DNA of 64,000 nt from Coriobacteriales bacterium (GCA_050943615.1 JBMNPN010000002.1:224-64223), one strand, 5' to 3'; counted from the first letter of the stretch, positions 14,767-24,593 are shown. Notes: generated by a model not told the origin, from the sequence alone. Numbers and translations: made by a program.

Positions 14767-16202
14767 GCAGAGCAGCTGCAAGAACAGGCCGCAAAGGTGG
14801 TGCGGCACGCTTCTTAAAGGAGAACGCCTTCGAGTTCGTGCTCCTCGTGCTCTGCAGCACGTGCCTTTCCATGGAGGTGGGCGACGGCTTCAACATAGCC
14901 TACGAGACGCTCTTCAACCTCCCGTTCGTGATCGGCAGCTCTGCCGTCTTGCTGGCCGTGTGCTATCTGGGCGCCTTTGTATGGCAGCACCAGCCCAGGC
15001 GCACCTGGATCGTGGCGCTGGCATGTATTGCGGTCATGGGCGTTGTCGTGTGGGCGAGCGTCTCGATATTCCAGGAGGGCACCTCGGAGTACTACAGCTA
15101 CGCCCAGCGGGCCCGGGTGCCAGACGGCACGGATGCAAAGACCTCGTACGGTTTCGTTCTGGCCATCGTGCCCGTGCTCACGTTTCTGCTCTCGCGCCGC
15201 CGTGGTCTGTGCGTGGTCCTGTTCGCGCTGGGCATATTCGTGTGCGGTCTGGTGCAATGGCTTTTCAAGGAATGGCTCTGGGTTCCCTTCATCGGGTTTC
15301 TCCTGGGGTCGGGAACGCTCTTCATCCTGCGCACCTACCGGCTGCAGCGCGGAAAAGCCTCAGGCCTGACGGTGGGTTCGGGGCGCCGGGCCCCGGGGTT
15401 TCATGCAAGCGTCACGGCCGTGCTGGTGCCCGTCGTATTGGTAGCCGCGTCTTTCGGCATCTGGTACGGCGTCATCGCACCGCAGAACCCGCAGGCAGCG
15501 CAGCTCAAGCTCGTGCAGGTGACCTATCAGCCACAGGTGGACATACTGACCAACTACCGCAAGAAGGCACCGAGCCAGATCGATAGAACGCAGTTCTCGA
15601 GCGAGGTTGACGACAGATACACGCTCTACACCTCCAACCCAGGTGGAGAGGGAACCGTCAAGACCCCTGAGGATGACAAGTCGAAGAACAAGATCAAGAT
15701 GGCCGGTGGCGGCGGTGTGAGCTATGCGTTCCAGAACCTCTCGGACAACCTGAACAATATCACCTACGGTGCCCCCAACTGGCTGCCCTACCTGCTCGTG
15801 GCGCTGCTCATCGCGCTCATCGTGGGCGCGATCATGCTGCGCAGGTACCTGCGCAAGCGCTGGTACACGAGCTTGGACGAGCACACGCAGGGCTACCGCG
15901 TCTGCGCGCTCTACGATCGCATCACGCGCAATTTCCAGCGCATGCGCCTCTCCAAGCCTGCGCCCGCCACGCAATCCGAGTGGGCCCAGAGCACTGTGGG
16001 CACCATGGCGGCGTTCGAACAAGACGCGCACGGGACGAGCTACCGCGAGCTTTCGGATATCTACGAGCGCGTCTACTACGGTCATTCCGACCCTTCGGAA
16101 GGCGATGTTGCCGCCTTCGAGTCATTCTGGAAGGTGTTCTACAAGAACGCGCGCAAGTACTCTGGACCCGTGCGCTACATCTGGCGCTTTTGGAGGATCT
16201 GA
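14763..16202 (+). CDS. multi-TM protein with C-terminal DUF4129-like domain
   Basis: About 8 TMs, a soluble loop, one TM, then ATQSEWA...LSDIYERVYYG (DUF4129-like); third gene of the MoxR/DUF58 triad. Confidence 0.7.
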   Translation: MSRAAARTGRKGGAARFLKENAFEFVLLVLCSTCLSMEVGDGFNIAYETLFNLPFVIGSSAVLLAVCYLGAFVWQHQPRRTWIVALACIAVMGVVVWASVSIFQEGTSEYYSYAQRARVPDGTDAKTSYGFVLAIVPVLTFLLSRRRGLCVVLFALGIFVCGLVQWLFKEWLWVPFIGFLLGSGTLFILRTYRLQRGKASGLTVGSGRRAPGFHASVTAVLVPVVLVAASFGIWYGVIAPQNPQAAQLKLVQVTYQPQVDILTNYRKKAPSQIDRTQFSSEVDDRYTLYTSNPGGEGTVKTPEDDKSKNKIKMAGGGGVSYAFQNLSDNLNNITYGAPNWLPYLLVALLIALIVGAIMLRRYLRKRWYTSLDEHTQGYRVCALYDRITRNFQRMRLSKPAPATQSEWAQSTVGTMAAFEQDAHGTSYRELSDIYERVYYGHSDPSEGDVAAFESFWKVFYKNARKYSGPVRYIWRFWRI

Positions 16203-16286
16203 TGCGTGAATCCGGGGCCTCACCACACCCGGTTTCAGGCTAAACCCGAGGTGAGGAGTGAGGGATTTTTCGACCAAGAGGCAAAT

Positions 16287-16305
16287 CTCACCACAAGGTG
16301 GTGAT
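16287..16305. promoter_or_regulatory. palindromic operator copy 3 (CTCACC-ACAAGGT-GGTGAT)
   Basis: About 300 bp upstream of the lipoprotein gene; same GCAAAT 5' flank as copy 2. Confidence 0.72.
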
Positions 16306-16598
16306 TGTTTTCACGTTCATTTCGAGCCAAAAATAGACTCGCTTTCGAATGGATATTTCACAAGAAAGTGACTGCCAATGTTGATCAGGCAGCCCAGCAA
16401 CAACTTTTTAGGTGCGGGGAAGGTGTTTACATGAATTTGAAATGCATTTGTCCAAGGCGGTGTGGCCGGAGAGTGTTGCCATGCCGCCTATTCGTTTATT
16501 GCTTATTTTCGCCTAATCATTAAGTTCCCGTAGCTGTCATTGCCGCGGAGGTGCTTCTACCCAACGCCTTCCGCTGGCGGAAAGAAGATACCTGCTCC

Positions 16599-18740
16599 AT
16601 GCCGTTGCGCAAAGGACATAGCAAACACTCGCGCTACCTGCGCGCGCTGATGGCGGCGCTGCTCGTCGTCGCGGCGGCGTGCGCGCTCCCGGCGTGCAAG
16701 TTCTCCGACACGATCGCCGAGTTCGTGCCCGACATGGCCGCCGCCGTCGACACCACCATGCCCCACGTGGACAAGGCGGACACCGACGGCAAGCAGGACA
16801 CCCAGGGCGCCGCCCAGCACAAGTCCGGCGAGGAGGACACGAGCGACATCGCCGCCGTCGCATACGACCCGGACGCCGAGGACAGCAAGTTCAAGTCAGC
16901 GAAGGTCGAGTACGACGCGGAGCAGGCCCAGACCGACACCCAGCCCTCCGCGGGCGGGGAGAAGCGCGCGGAGGAGAAAGACACTTCGGGGCTGAAGTCG
17001 CAGAAGACCGCGGGCGGGAAGTCCGGCGAGGACGGCTCGGGCTCCGGCTCGGGCGGAACGGGCTCCGGTAACGGCGGGGACGGCGGCGACGGCGAGGGCA
17101 AGGGCGCCGGCTCGGGCTCCGGCTCTGGTAGCGGGAGCAGCGAGCAGGCCGCCCCATCGGTGTCCCAGGACGAGGACGACGACAATAAGACCGAGGTGCC
17201 GAGCGGCAAGCGCATCGCGGCGACCGGCGAGACCGCCAACATCGTCCAGATGCTCACCGGCGAGCTGCGCAAGGAGCAGCTCGACGCGGGCCAGGAGGGC
17301 GACTACCTGGTCGCGACGGACGAGGCCTTCCAGGACGGCGTTGCCTCCGCCGGGGTATACCCGGGGGAGGGGGTCGACGAGGCGGTTCTGGGCTGGAAGC
17401 GGAAGAACGGCACCGAGAAGGGGGGCGTCGACGTCGAGGCGCTCAAAAAGGCCAAGGTCGACCTCGTCGTCTACGAGTCGAACACGGCCACGCTCACCGA
17501 GAGCGACGTCGACGCCCTGGGGGAGGCCGGCATCAAGGTGCTCGCCGTGAGCTCGCTCACGCAGGACAGCGACATCTGCGATGCCGTCGAGCAGGTCGCA
17601 GAGGCGCTCTCCAAGGGGGCGGGCGCAAAGGCCAAGAAGGCGATCTCCTCCAAGGCGGCCTCGTGGGAGGACTTCCACGACGGCCTGCTGAACTCGGTGA
17701 CGCGCCTCAACGACGGCTGGAGCGTGGCGTACGCCCACAACACACACGACGACAAGAGGTTCGTTGGCTACGACTTCGACTGGGTCTCCACGGCGAAGAA
17801 CGCCACGGGCGACCACAAGCTGACGCTCGTCTGCCCGCGCGTCGTCTCGGTGGGGAGCTACCCCTCCCTCGAGAAGCTCGGGTACAGCCTCGACACCCTC
17901 CTCGCGGTGCCGAAGAGCTGGTTCGCCTCGCCCTGCTACCACTACCTCTCGGCCGCGGGGGTCGTGGACAACGCCCAGTGGCTCCAGCTCGCCAAATGGG
18001 TGCGTATTATAAAATCTGAAGTAGCACACGGCCGGCTCGTGGAACACAACCCCTACGCCATCGACGACAGCTCTTGGTCCTACTCGATTTCCCCCTCGCG
18101 CTACCGTGTCGTCGTCCCGGTGTTCACGCGCGGAGAATCGTCGAGCGTCAGGGCGTCCTCCGGCCTCGAATCGGGGGAGTCGCTCGACTTCAGTCTGAAT
18201 ACCTATGGCTATGTGCAGGTTGGCGACCTTCCCAGCTACGTGATGGGGAACTACTGCATCGAGCCGTATGTGGACTGGGAAAATTACTCGTTGCACACTA
18301 TTCGCAACATAGAGGATGTGGAAGACGACAGCTACTTCCTGGGGTCCGACCACTTCCCCGCGGTGGTGGTGGAGACGGAGGAACAGAAGGAGTCCGTGCA
18401 GGCGGCGCAGGATGACAGGACGAGCATGTACTGGTTCGCCGACAACCTCAGGGAGTGGAGGCAGCTGTACACGGACGGGTCCTCATCGTCGGAAAAGTTA
18501 GATGCAATGAACCCCAACGCGTCCCTGCTCGCCGGGAAGTTCGACGTCTACGTCGCCCCGAGCGGCGTGCTCGGGTCGTGGCTCGAGGGCGGCTCGCACG
18601 AGTCGTTCCTGCTCTCCGCCTGGGCGCGCAGCGCCTACTACGGCGACTACTCGTCGAGCAAGGCCCAGGCCAAGGCGAGAAGCTACTACGGGGAGTTCTA
18701 CCGGGCCGAGGGCGCCGCGCCGGACATGGGCAGAGGCTAG
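16599..18740 (+). CDS. lipoprotein with long Gly/Ser linker and SBP-like domain
   Basis: Signal with lipobox LPAC; low-complexity GSG linker; KRIAATGETANIVQML, KAKVDLVVY and C-terminal YVAPSGVLGSW resemble helical-backbone SBPs; paralog of 60019-61902. Confidence 0.7.
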   Translation: MPLRKGHSKHSRYLRALMAALLVVAAACALPACKFSDTIAEFVPDMAAAVDTTMPHVDKADTDGKQDTQGAAQHKSGEEDTSDIAAVAYDPDAEDSKFKSAKVEYDAEQAQTDTQPSAGGEKRAEEKDTSGLKSQKTAGGKSGEDGSGSGSGGTGSGNGGDGGDGEGKGAGSGSGSGSGSSEQAAPSVSQDEDDDNKTEVPSGKRIAATGETANIVQMLTGELRKEQLDAGQEGDYLVATDEAFQDGVASAGVYPGEGVDEAVLGWKRKNGTEKGGVDVEALKKAKVDLVVYESNTATLTESDVDALGEAGIKVLAVSSLTQDSDICDAVEQVAEALSKGAGAKAKKAISSKAASWEDFHDGLLNSVTRLNDGWSVAYAHNTHDDKRFVGYDFDWVSTAKNATGDHKLTLVCPRVVSVGSYPSLEKLGYSLDTLLAVPKSWFASPCYHYLSAAGVVDNAQWLQLAKWVRIIKSEVAHGRLVEHNPYAIDDSSWSYSISPSRYRVVVPVFTRGESSSVRASSGLESGESLDFSLNTYGYVQVGDLPSYVMGNYCIEPYVDWENYSLHTIRNIEDVEDDSYFLGSDHFPAVVVETEEQKESVQAAQDDRTSMYWFADNLREWRQLYTDGSSSSEKLDAMNPNASLLAGKFDVYVAPSGVLGSWLEGGSHESFLLSAWARSAYYGDYSSSKAQAKARSYYGEFYRAEGAAPDMGRG

Positions 18741-18806
18741 CGGCCCCGGGCCCTTCATGTACAGGACCATGTCGATAACCGTGCAAGTTTGATGAGGACA
18801 TATATT

Positions 18807-21800
18807 ATGGAGATTCAAAGTACGTATAGGCAAACAGAAAATCGGAGAAGGTGGAAAGCTGCCTTCTGGGCTCTTGCCGCCGCGGCATTCGCGGCACTCG
18901 CCTTCCTTCCGCTGAGCGCTCTTGGAGATACGTCGCAGGTGATCAAGGTTGGCGCTTCCGAGTATTACAAGACGCTGTCGGACGCTGTTGCCAGCGCTGC
19001 CGGTGACGAGAACAACCAGAATGTCACCTTCCAGCTCACCAGCGACGTCTACCAGGGCACGAAGCAGGTGGACGTCAATCTTCCCGCTGGGGCAGAGTGG
19101 ACCATCGACCTCGGCACCCACACCCTGAGCACGGACAACAGTAAATCGGGTACCACATCGCTTGTCTCGGTGACCCACGTGGCCGCCGAGGAGGGCACGG
19201 ATACCCCGGGAACCCTGAATATCGTCGGCGATTCAAGTGTCAAAGGCACAATCTCCTGCACCGATGCGGCACCAAAGTATGCCGTGCAAGTAAGTTCCAA
19301 CAACGTCGTCAACATGAGTAACGTCGCCGTGAATTTCGACTCGTCGAAAACGAGCGGTATCAATGGCTTGTATATAAGCGGTACAACAACGGGAAACGCG
19401 GTGCTCAATGCGGACAGCTGTGCGTTTACTGTAAAGAACTCGTATATTAATGCAGAAAATGGTAATGGCGGCAGCGCATTTTGTGCCCGAGTTGGCAGTA
19501 ACACCACAGCAAGCTTCTCGCAGTGCTCGTTCACTGCCGAGGCTACAGCAAACGCTTACTGTGTTTATGGAATCAAGGGAATATCTGTCAAGCTCAGCGG
19601 GGCAAACACCCTTTCAACCTCTGCGACTTCCGAATATGCGAACAATTCTGTTCCAATTTATGTGTCCTCTGGTGCTGACAGCCTGGTCCTCGAAAACCAG
19701 GAGGGCTCATCAAACGGTATCAGCTTCTTCATCTCGAACGAGAGCACCGAGCCAGCAGCGGTTTCTGCAGCGATACGACTTCCTTCCAATGACGCCCCTA
19801 CGACCCTAAACGCGCCTTTATCGATTTGGCACAGCTCCTCGACGCAGGGCTTTGTGGGGATGACGGGGTGCAGCACGAAAAAGACAATATACGTTGGCCC
19901 CAATTTCTCCGTCGTTTCGCAGGCAGAGAAAGCCGGCGGCACCTGGGACAGCACCTTGGACATCGCGCGCGATGACACCTATGACACCTATGTCGATGGC
20001 GCTCGCTTTGCCCGCGCAACCGCAGCGGGGGTTTCCCTCGCGGACAAGGCGGGGTATTTCAAGCTGATGAACTCGGCATGGCTCGAGGCGAGCGCCAAGG
20101 AGGACAGCGAGGACGCGACAATTCAGGCGCTCTATTGGACTGCGGTTCCCCAGACCGAACCCGAGGCAGTTATCGGAGATGTAGAGTACACGACGCTTGC
20201 GGATGCGCTTGCCGCAAAGAAGGACGGGGACGTGATCAAGCTCGGTCGCGACATCTATCTTGCAGAATCGATTAGCTTCACCGACTCCGAGGGCGAGACG
20301 AGTCCCACCTACACGCTCGATCTGAACGGACATGACATCGTCTGCACGACCCGCATCGCCCCGGTCCTCAACTACTCAGGCTCCGGCACGCTCAATATCG
20401 TCGACAGCGTGACGAACGCGGACTCTGCCGCCGCGGTCGCGCACACGATCACCGACGCGACTTCCCCGAACGGGTACTGGACGGCAACAAGCAGCTCGAA
20501 GTATAAGACCCTGCAGCAATCAGCCACCCTCGTGAACTCCGGCACCGGCACGCTCCAGGTTTCCGGCGTGCGCATTCATGGCACCTTCAACTGCATCTAC
20601 AACTCGGGGGAAGGCTCCACGAGCGTCGAGAACTGCAAGGTGGAGCAATCAGACAACGTCAAGTACTCGAACACCAAGAACCATGTGTTCTGGGGCAGCA
20701 ATATCACGGCGACGAACAACGCAGTGGTGGTAAATTCATACAGTGCATCTTATACTGCATATAGTCAAGCTGGTAGCGGTATCAGTACTTTTGGCACGCG
20801 TGTGTTCAGCGGGACCAACATCAAGGTCTACGGGGGCAGCTACCAGTTCGATTCCGAGAATTACTACCTGAGCAGCGCCATTTTCGACGGTACCGCGGGA
20901 AACGACATCTCTATCGACGGGATCATCTCCTACGACCTGGGCGGCAGGATCGACACTGTGGACTTTGGCGGCGGCGGTGCCACCGACGGCAAGTTCACGA
21001 CGCGTATGTCCGCGTGGTTCTTGGGCTTTGATACTACCACTAGTACGATCTATAACACTAAAGCGCCCCAATCCCTCAAGCTGGGCGCTAACTTCAAGCC
21101 CACGGATATGAGCGGCAATGCACAGCCGGTTGAATTCTATACTGATCTCAGTGCTAAAGGATTGAGTTCCTATTCCCTCAAATCGTATCGCGGGGCCGTG
21201 GTCTTCGAGCCGATGGAGGGAGTGGACCTTCAGTCAAGCTACGGCGACGAGCTCTCCGATCTGCTGGTGGACACGGCGGGAAACTACACGCCCGTCATCG
21301 AGGACGGAAACATCTGCTGGAGCAGCACGTACCATGTGCGCGCCTATGGAGCAGCTTTCTCGAAGCAACTGAGCGGAGCCGGTGTCTATCTTTCGTTCAC
21401 CGAACGGTACAACCCGACGGGCACCAACGCCGTCTATTACCTGAACCCCACGAGCGTCGATGCCGATGCTGAGGGCAAGGTGACGTTCACGTTGCCCGAG
21501 ACGGTATCCGGGACCGAGGAGGGAGTCTCGCTCGTGCCGGAAGACGCCCACGGCACGCATGTCGAGTGGACCGGCAAGTGGTTCGTCTCGAAAGAATGGC
21601 TCAGCGAAAATACGTTGAAGAACACCGTAGAAGACGATTTTGACTACGAGGGAGCTGGATATCTGCTCGTCGATGCCGGCGAGAGCATCTCGATCGACGA
21701 GGACGACATCGACCAAGATATCTATATCTGGCCTCAGATCAAGCACACGCAATATCCCTACTACCTCTCTTACGAGCTGAACGGCGGGGACGAGGCGAGT

Positions 21801-23576
21801 ATCGCCAATAACACCGCTGAATTCACGGTGCCGTACGGTAGCCCTAGTTCCATTCAAGCTACTATGACATATGCCGGCAAGGAAGTCGGCGACGGTTCCT
21901 GGACCCTCGACGATCCCACCCGTGTGGGCTACACCTTTGACGGCTGGTACCTCGACAAGGATTTCACGACCAAGGTCGCCAGCGTTGAGACGCTTTCTCA
22001 ATACTATGCTCTCACGACGTCGTCCGATAGGTACATAGGCATCGACGACAGCACGGTCTATGGCAAGTACACGTACGAGGATTCGCAGGCCAAGAAGCCG
22101 GCGGCCACGCTCTACGCCAAGTGGAAGATCGCATCGCTCGACCTCTCCAATACCAGCGTGAAGCTCGTCAACGACAACACCACCTACGACGAGGCTACTG
22201 ACACCTACCTCACCCCCTACGTGGGTTCCGAGATCGAGCCCAAGCTCGAGGTCACCTACACCGACCCCGCGACGGGCGAGTCCGGTCCCGTCGAGCTCAC
22301 GGCCGGCGAGGACTACACCATCGACTACGGCGACGCCGACCTGTTCAAGAACCTCGGCACCTACACGCTCACCATCAAGGGCACGGGCACGGAAGGAAAT
22401 GGCTGCTACAACGAGACCACGCTGAAGGTCGAGATTGTCAAGGGCACGCTCGAAATTGACGTTCCTGCCGAGAGCGTCTCGCTCTCCTACGGACAGGCCC
22501 CATCGAACCTGGGCGTCACCGCGAGCGACGAGCACGTCACGCTGCTCTACAAGTCGAGTGACACCTCCGTGGTGACCGTCGACGATGATGGCAACGTGAC
22601 GCCGGTGAGCACCGGCAAGGCGACCATCACCGTCTATTCCGACGACGAAAACTACGAGCCAGTCAGCAAGGAGATTGCCGTCACGGTAACCAGCGAACGC
22701 GACACCTCCGTGGGCACGACGACGCTGGTGAACGACGGGGCGGCCAGCGGACTCTACCTCGTTACCGGCGAGGACACGCTCACGCTGGTCAAGTCCACCT
22801 CCGATGCGAGCGCGATCGGGGTCAACACCGTCACGATCGACGGGCACACCTGGAAGGTGACTGCCATTGCCGACGGTGCCTTTGCGGGTAGCAAGGCCAA
22901 GACGGTCACGATTGGTAGCAACGTCACGTCCATCGCCTCCAAGGCATTCAGTGGTGACACCGCGCTCACGAGCGTGACCATCGGCTCCAACGTCACGAGC
23001 ATTGGCGCCAGCGCCTTCCAGGGCTGCACGGCTCTCAAGACCGTCAAGGGCGGCGCGGCTGTCAAGACCATCGGCGCCTCCGCTTTCAAGGGCTGCAAGA
23101 AGCTCACGAGCATCACGATCGGCTCCAAGGTGACGAGCATCGGCAAGAGCGCTTTCCAGGGCTGCACGTCTCTCAAGACCGTCAAGGGCGGCGCGTCCGT
23201 CAAGACTATCGGCGCTTCCGCCTTCAAGGGCTGCAGCAAGCTTTCCACCTTCAAGGTCACGGCCACGTCCAAGAAGCTGAAGACCATCGGCAAGAACGCG
23301 TTCTCCGGAGCCAAGAAGCTCAAGAAGATCACGGTCAAGTCCAAGAAGCTGAAGACCATCGGCAAGAGCGCGTTCTCTGGTGCCAAGAAGCTCAAGACGC
23401 TCACGATCAAGTCCAAGAAGCTCACCAAGAAGTCCGTCAAGGGCTCGCTCAAGGGCTCCAAGGTCAAGACCGTGAAGGTCAAGGTTGGCTCCAAGAAGCT
23501 GAACAAGAAGTACGTCAAGAAGTACAAGAAGTTCTTCTCCAAGAAGAACTGCGGCAAGAAGGTTGCCGTCAAGTAA
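18807..23576 (+). CDS. giant secreted surface protein (beta-helix-like N-terminal domains, Listeria/Bacteroides-type repeat, Ig-like domain, BspA-type LRRs, Lys-rich tail)
   Basis: Signal peptide; two Y.TL.DA...LDL.GH modules; YELNGG..PTRVGYTFDGWY; KSSDTSVVTVDDDG; repeated VTSIGASAFQGC LRRs; GAGGA RBS before ATG 18807. Confidence 0.8.
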   Translation: MEIQSTYRQTENRRRWKAAFWALAAAAFAALAFLPLSALGDTSQVIKVGASEYYKTLSDAVASAAGDENNQNVTFQLTSDVYQGTKQVDVNLPAGAEWTIDLGTHTLSTDNSKSGTTSLVSVTHVAAEEGTDTPGTLNIVGDSSVKGTISCTDAAPKYAVQVSSNNVVNMSNVAVNFDSSKTSGINGLYISGTTTGNAVLNADSCAFTVKNSYINAENGNGGSAFCARVGSNTTASFSQCSFTAEATANAYCVYGIKGISVKLSGANTLSTSATSEYANNSVPIYVSSGADSLVLENQEGSSNGISFFISNESTEPAAVSAAIRLPSNDAPTTLNAPLSIWHSSSTQGFVGMTGCSTKKTIYVGPNFSVVSQAEKAGGTWDSTLDIARDDTYDTYVDGARFARATAAGVSLADKAGYFKLMNSAWLEASAKEDSEDATIQALYWTAVPQTEPEAVIGDVEYTTLADALAAKKDGDVIKLGRDIYLAESISFTDSEGETSPTYTLDLNGHDIVCTTRIAPVLNYSGSGTLNIVDSVTNADSAAAVAHTITDATSPNGYWTATSSSKYKTLQQSATLVNSGTGTLQVSGVRIHGTFNCIYNSGEGSTSVENCKVEQSDNVKYSNTKNHVFWGSNITATNNAVVVNSYSASYTAYSQAGSGISTFGTRVFSGTNIKVYGGSYQFDSENYYLSSAIFDGTAGNDISIDGIISYDLGGRIDTVDFGGGGATDGKFTTRMSAWFLGFDTTTSTIYNTKAPQSLKLGANFKPTDMSGNAQPVEFYTDLSAKGLSSYSLKSYRGAVVFEPMEGVDLQSSYGDELSDLLVDTAGNYTPVIEDGNICWSSTYHVRAYGAAFSKQLSGAGVYLSFTERYNPTGTNAVYYLNPTSVDADAEGKVTFTLPETVSGTEEGVSLVPEDAHGTHVEWTGKWFVSKEWLSENTLKNTVEDDFDYEGAGYLLVDAGESISIDEDDIDQDIYIWPQIKHTQYPYYLSYELNGGDEASIANNTAEFTVPYGSPSSIQATMTYAGKEVGDGSWTLDDPTRVGYTFDGWYLDKDFTTKVASVETLSQYYALTTSSDRYIGIDDSTVYGKYTYEDSQAKKPAATLYAKWKIASLDLSNTSVKLVNDNTTYDEATDTYLTPYVGSEIEPKLEVTYTDPATGESGPVELTAGEDYTIDYGDADLFKNLGTYTLTIKGTGTEGNGCYNETTLKVEIVKGTLEIDVPAESVSLSYGQAPSNLGVTASDEHVTLLYKSSDTSVVTVDDDGNVTPVSTGKATITVYSDDENYEPVSKEIAVTVTSERDTSVGTTTLVNDGAASGLYLVTGEDTLTLVKSTSDASAIGVNTVTIDGHTWKVTAIADGAFAGSKAKTVTIGSNVTSIASKAFSGDTALTSVTIGSNVTSIGASAFQGCTALKTVKGGAAVKTIGASAFKGCKKLTSITIGSKVTSIGKSAFQGCTSLKTVKGGASVKTIGASAFKGCSKLSTFKVTATSKKLKTIGKNAFSGAKKLKKITVKSKKLKTIGKSAFSGAKKLKTLTIKSKKLTKKSVKGSLKGSKVKTVKVKVGSKKLNKKYVKKYKKFFSKKNCGKKVAVK
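23011..23286 (+). repeat. 138-bp intragenic tandem duplication (two LRR pairs)
   Basis: GCGC(C/T)TTCCAGGGCTGCACG..CTCAAGACCGTCAAGGGCGGCGCG starts at 23011 and 23149. Confidence 0.8.
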
Positions 23577-23789
23577 GACAAGGTAATCGTCCCGGCTTTC
23601 ACGCCCCGTCCTCCCTGGGGCGTGGCCGGGTTGCCGATTGACGAAGCCGGCCCCGCGGGCACTGAACTGCTTTCGCGGGGCCGACGCTTTGTTTTTCGAT
23701 TCGCCTGCAGCGCGGGTTCGTGCGGGTGCTGCCTGAGCGCAACGCCGGCACGAGGCCGCGCATACGTGAACGAGGAGGTTCGCCAAAGC

Positions 23790-24593
23790 ATGAAATTGAG
23801 AGCCGAGAACCTGGACGTGGGGCATGACTTTCGCCACGTGGTGCAGCGCGACATCTCCTTTGAGGTGGAAAGCGGCGAGGTCTGCTGCGTGCTCGGTCCC
23901 AACGGGTGCGGCAAGACGACGCTGTTCGATACGATGCTGGGGCTGTTGGCCCCGCGCTCCGGCCATGCGTACCTCGAGTTCGACGACGGAACCAAGCGCG
24001 ACGTGCACCAGATGAAGCCCGAGGAGCGCGCTCAGGTTCTCTCTTACGTGGCACAGCACCATCAGCCGCCGTTCCCCTATGCCACGCGCGACGTGATCGA
24101 GATGGGGCTCGTGGACCGCATACTTGCGGGAGGCACGCCGACCGAAGATGAAGAGCAGCTCGTGGACGAGACCATGGAGGAGCTTGGGATTTGGGAGCTG
24201 CGCGATGAGCCGTACACGCAGCTATCCGGCGGCGAGCTGCAGCTCACGATGATCGCCCGCGCCCTCGTGCAGCGCCCGCGCTTCGTCTTTCTGGACGAGC
24301 CGACCGCCGCGCTCGACTACGGCAACGAGATCCGCGTCATCGAGCAGGTGAAGCGCCTCGCGGAACGCGGCATGGGCGTGCTCATGACCACCCACAATCC
24401 CGATCACGCCTTTCTGCTGGATGCCAACGCCGTGCTGCTCGGCAAGGACTTTCCCATGGTCGCGGGCAGCTGCTGGGACGTGCTCACCGACAGCGCCATG
24501 TGCGCGGCCTACAAGACCGAGGTGTACCGCGTGCAATTCGAGCGCCTCGATGGCGGTCGCATGTACGTCTGCGTCCCCGACCTCGGGGACTAG
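23790..24593 (+). CDS. second FecE/BtuD-type ABC ATPase
   Basis: GPNGCGKT, LSGGELQ, FLDEPT, TTHNP; GAGGAGG upstream of ATG 23790. Confidence 0.9.
   Translation: MKLRAENLDVGHDFRHVVQRDISFEVESGEVCCVLGPNGCGKTTLFDTMLGLLAPRSGHAYLEFDDGTKRDVHQMKPEERAQVLSYVAQHHQPPFPYATRDVIEMGLVDRILAGGTPTEDEEQLVDETMEELGIWELRDEPYTQLSGGELQLTMIARALVQRPRFVFLDEPTAALDYGNEIRVIEQVKRLAERGMGVLMTTHNPDHAFLLDANAVLLGKDFPMVAGSCWDVLTDSAMCAAYKTEVYRVQFERLDGGRMYVCVPDLGD

Noticed and set aside
16400-16440. Cobalamin riboswitch upstream of the lipoprotein
   Set aside because: AGGTGCGGGGAAGGTG is only a superficial match; the B12-box and conserved core were not found.
18807-23576. Diversity-generating retroelement or invertible shufflon acting on the surface genes
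   Set aside because: No reverse transcriptase, template/variable repeat pair, site-specific recombinase or invertible-segment repeats were found.
21234-24062. Long antisense ORFs (e.g. 21234-24062, 40934-43471, 35122-36486, 16896-18353, 61939-63198)
   Set aside because: Shadow frames of high-GC3 genes on the opposite strand, with no motifs or RBS support.
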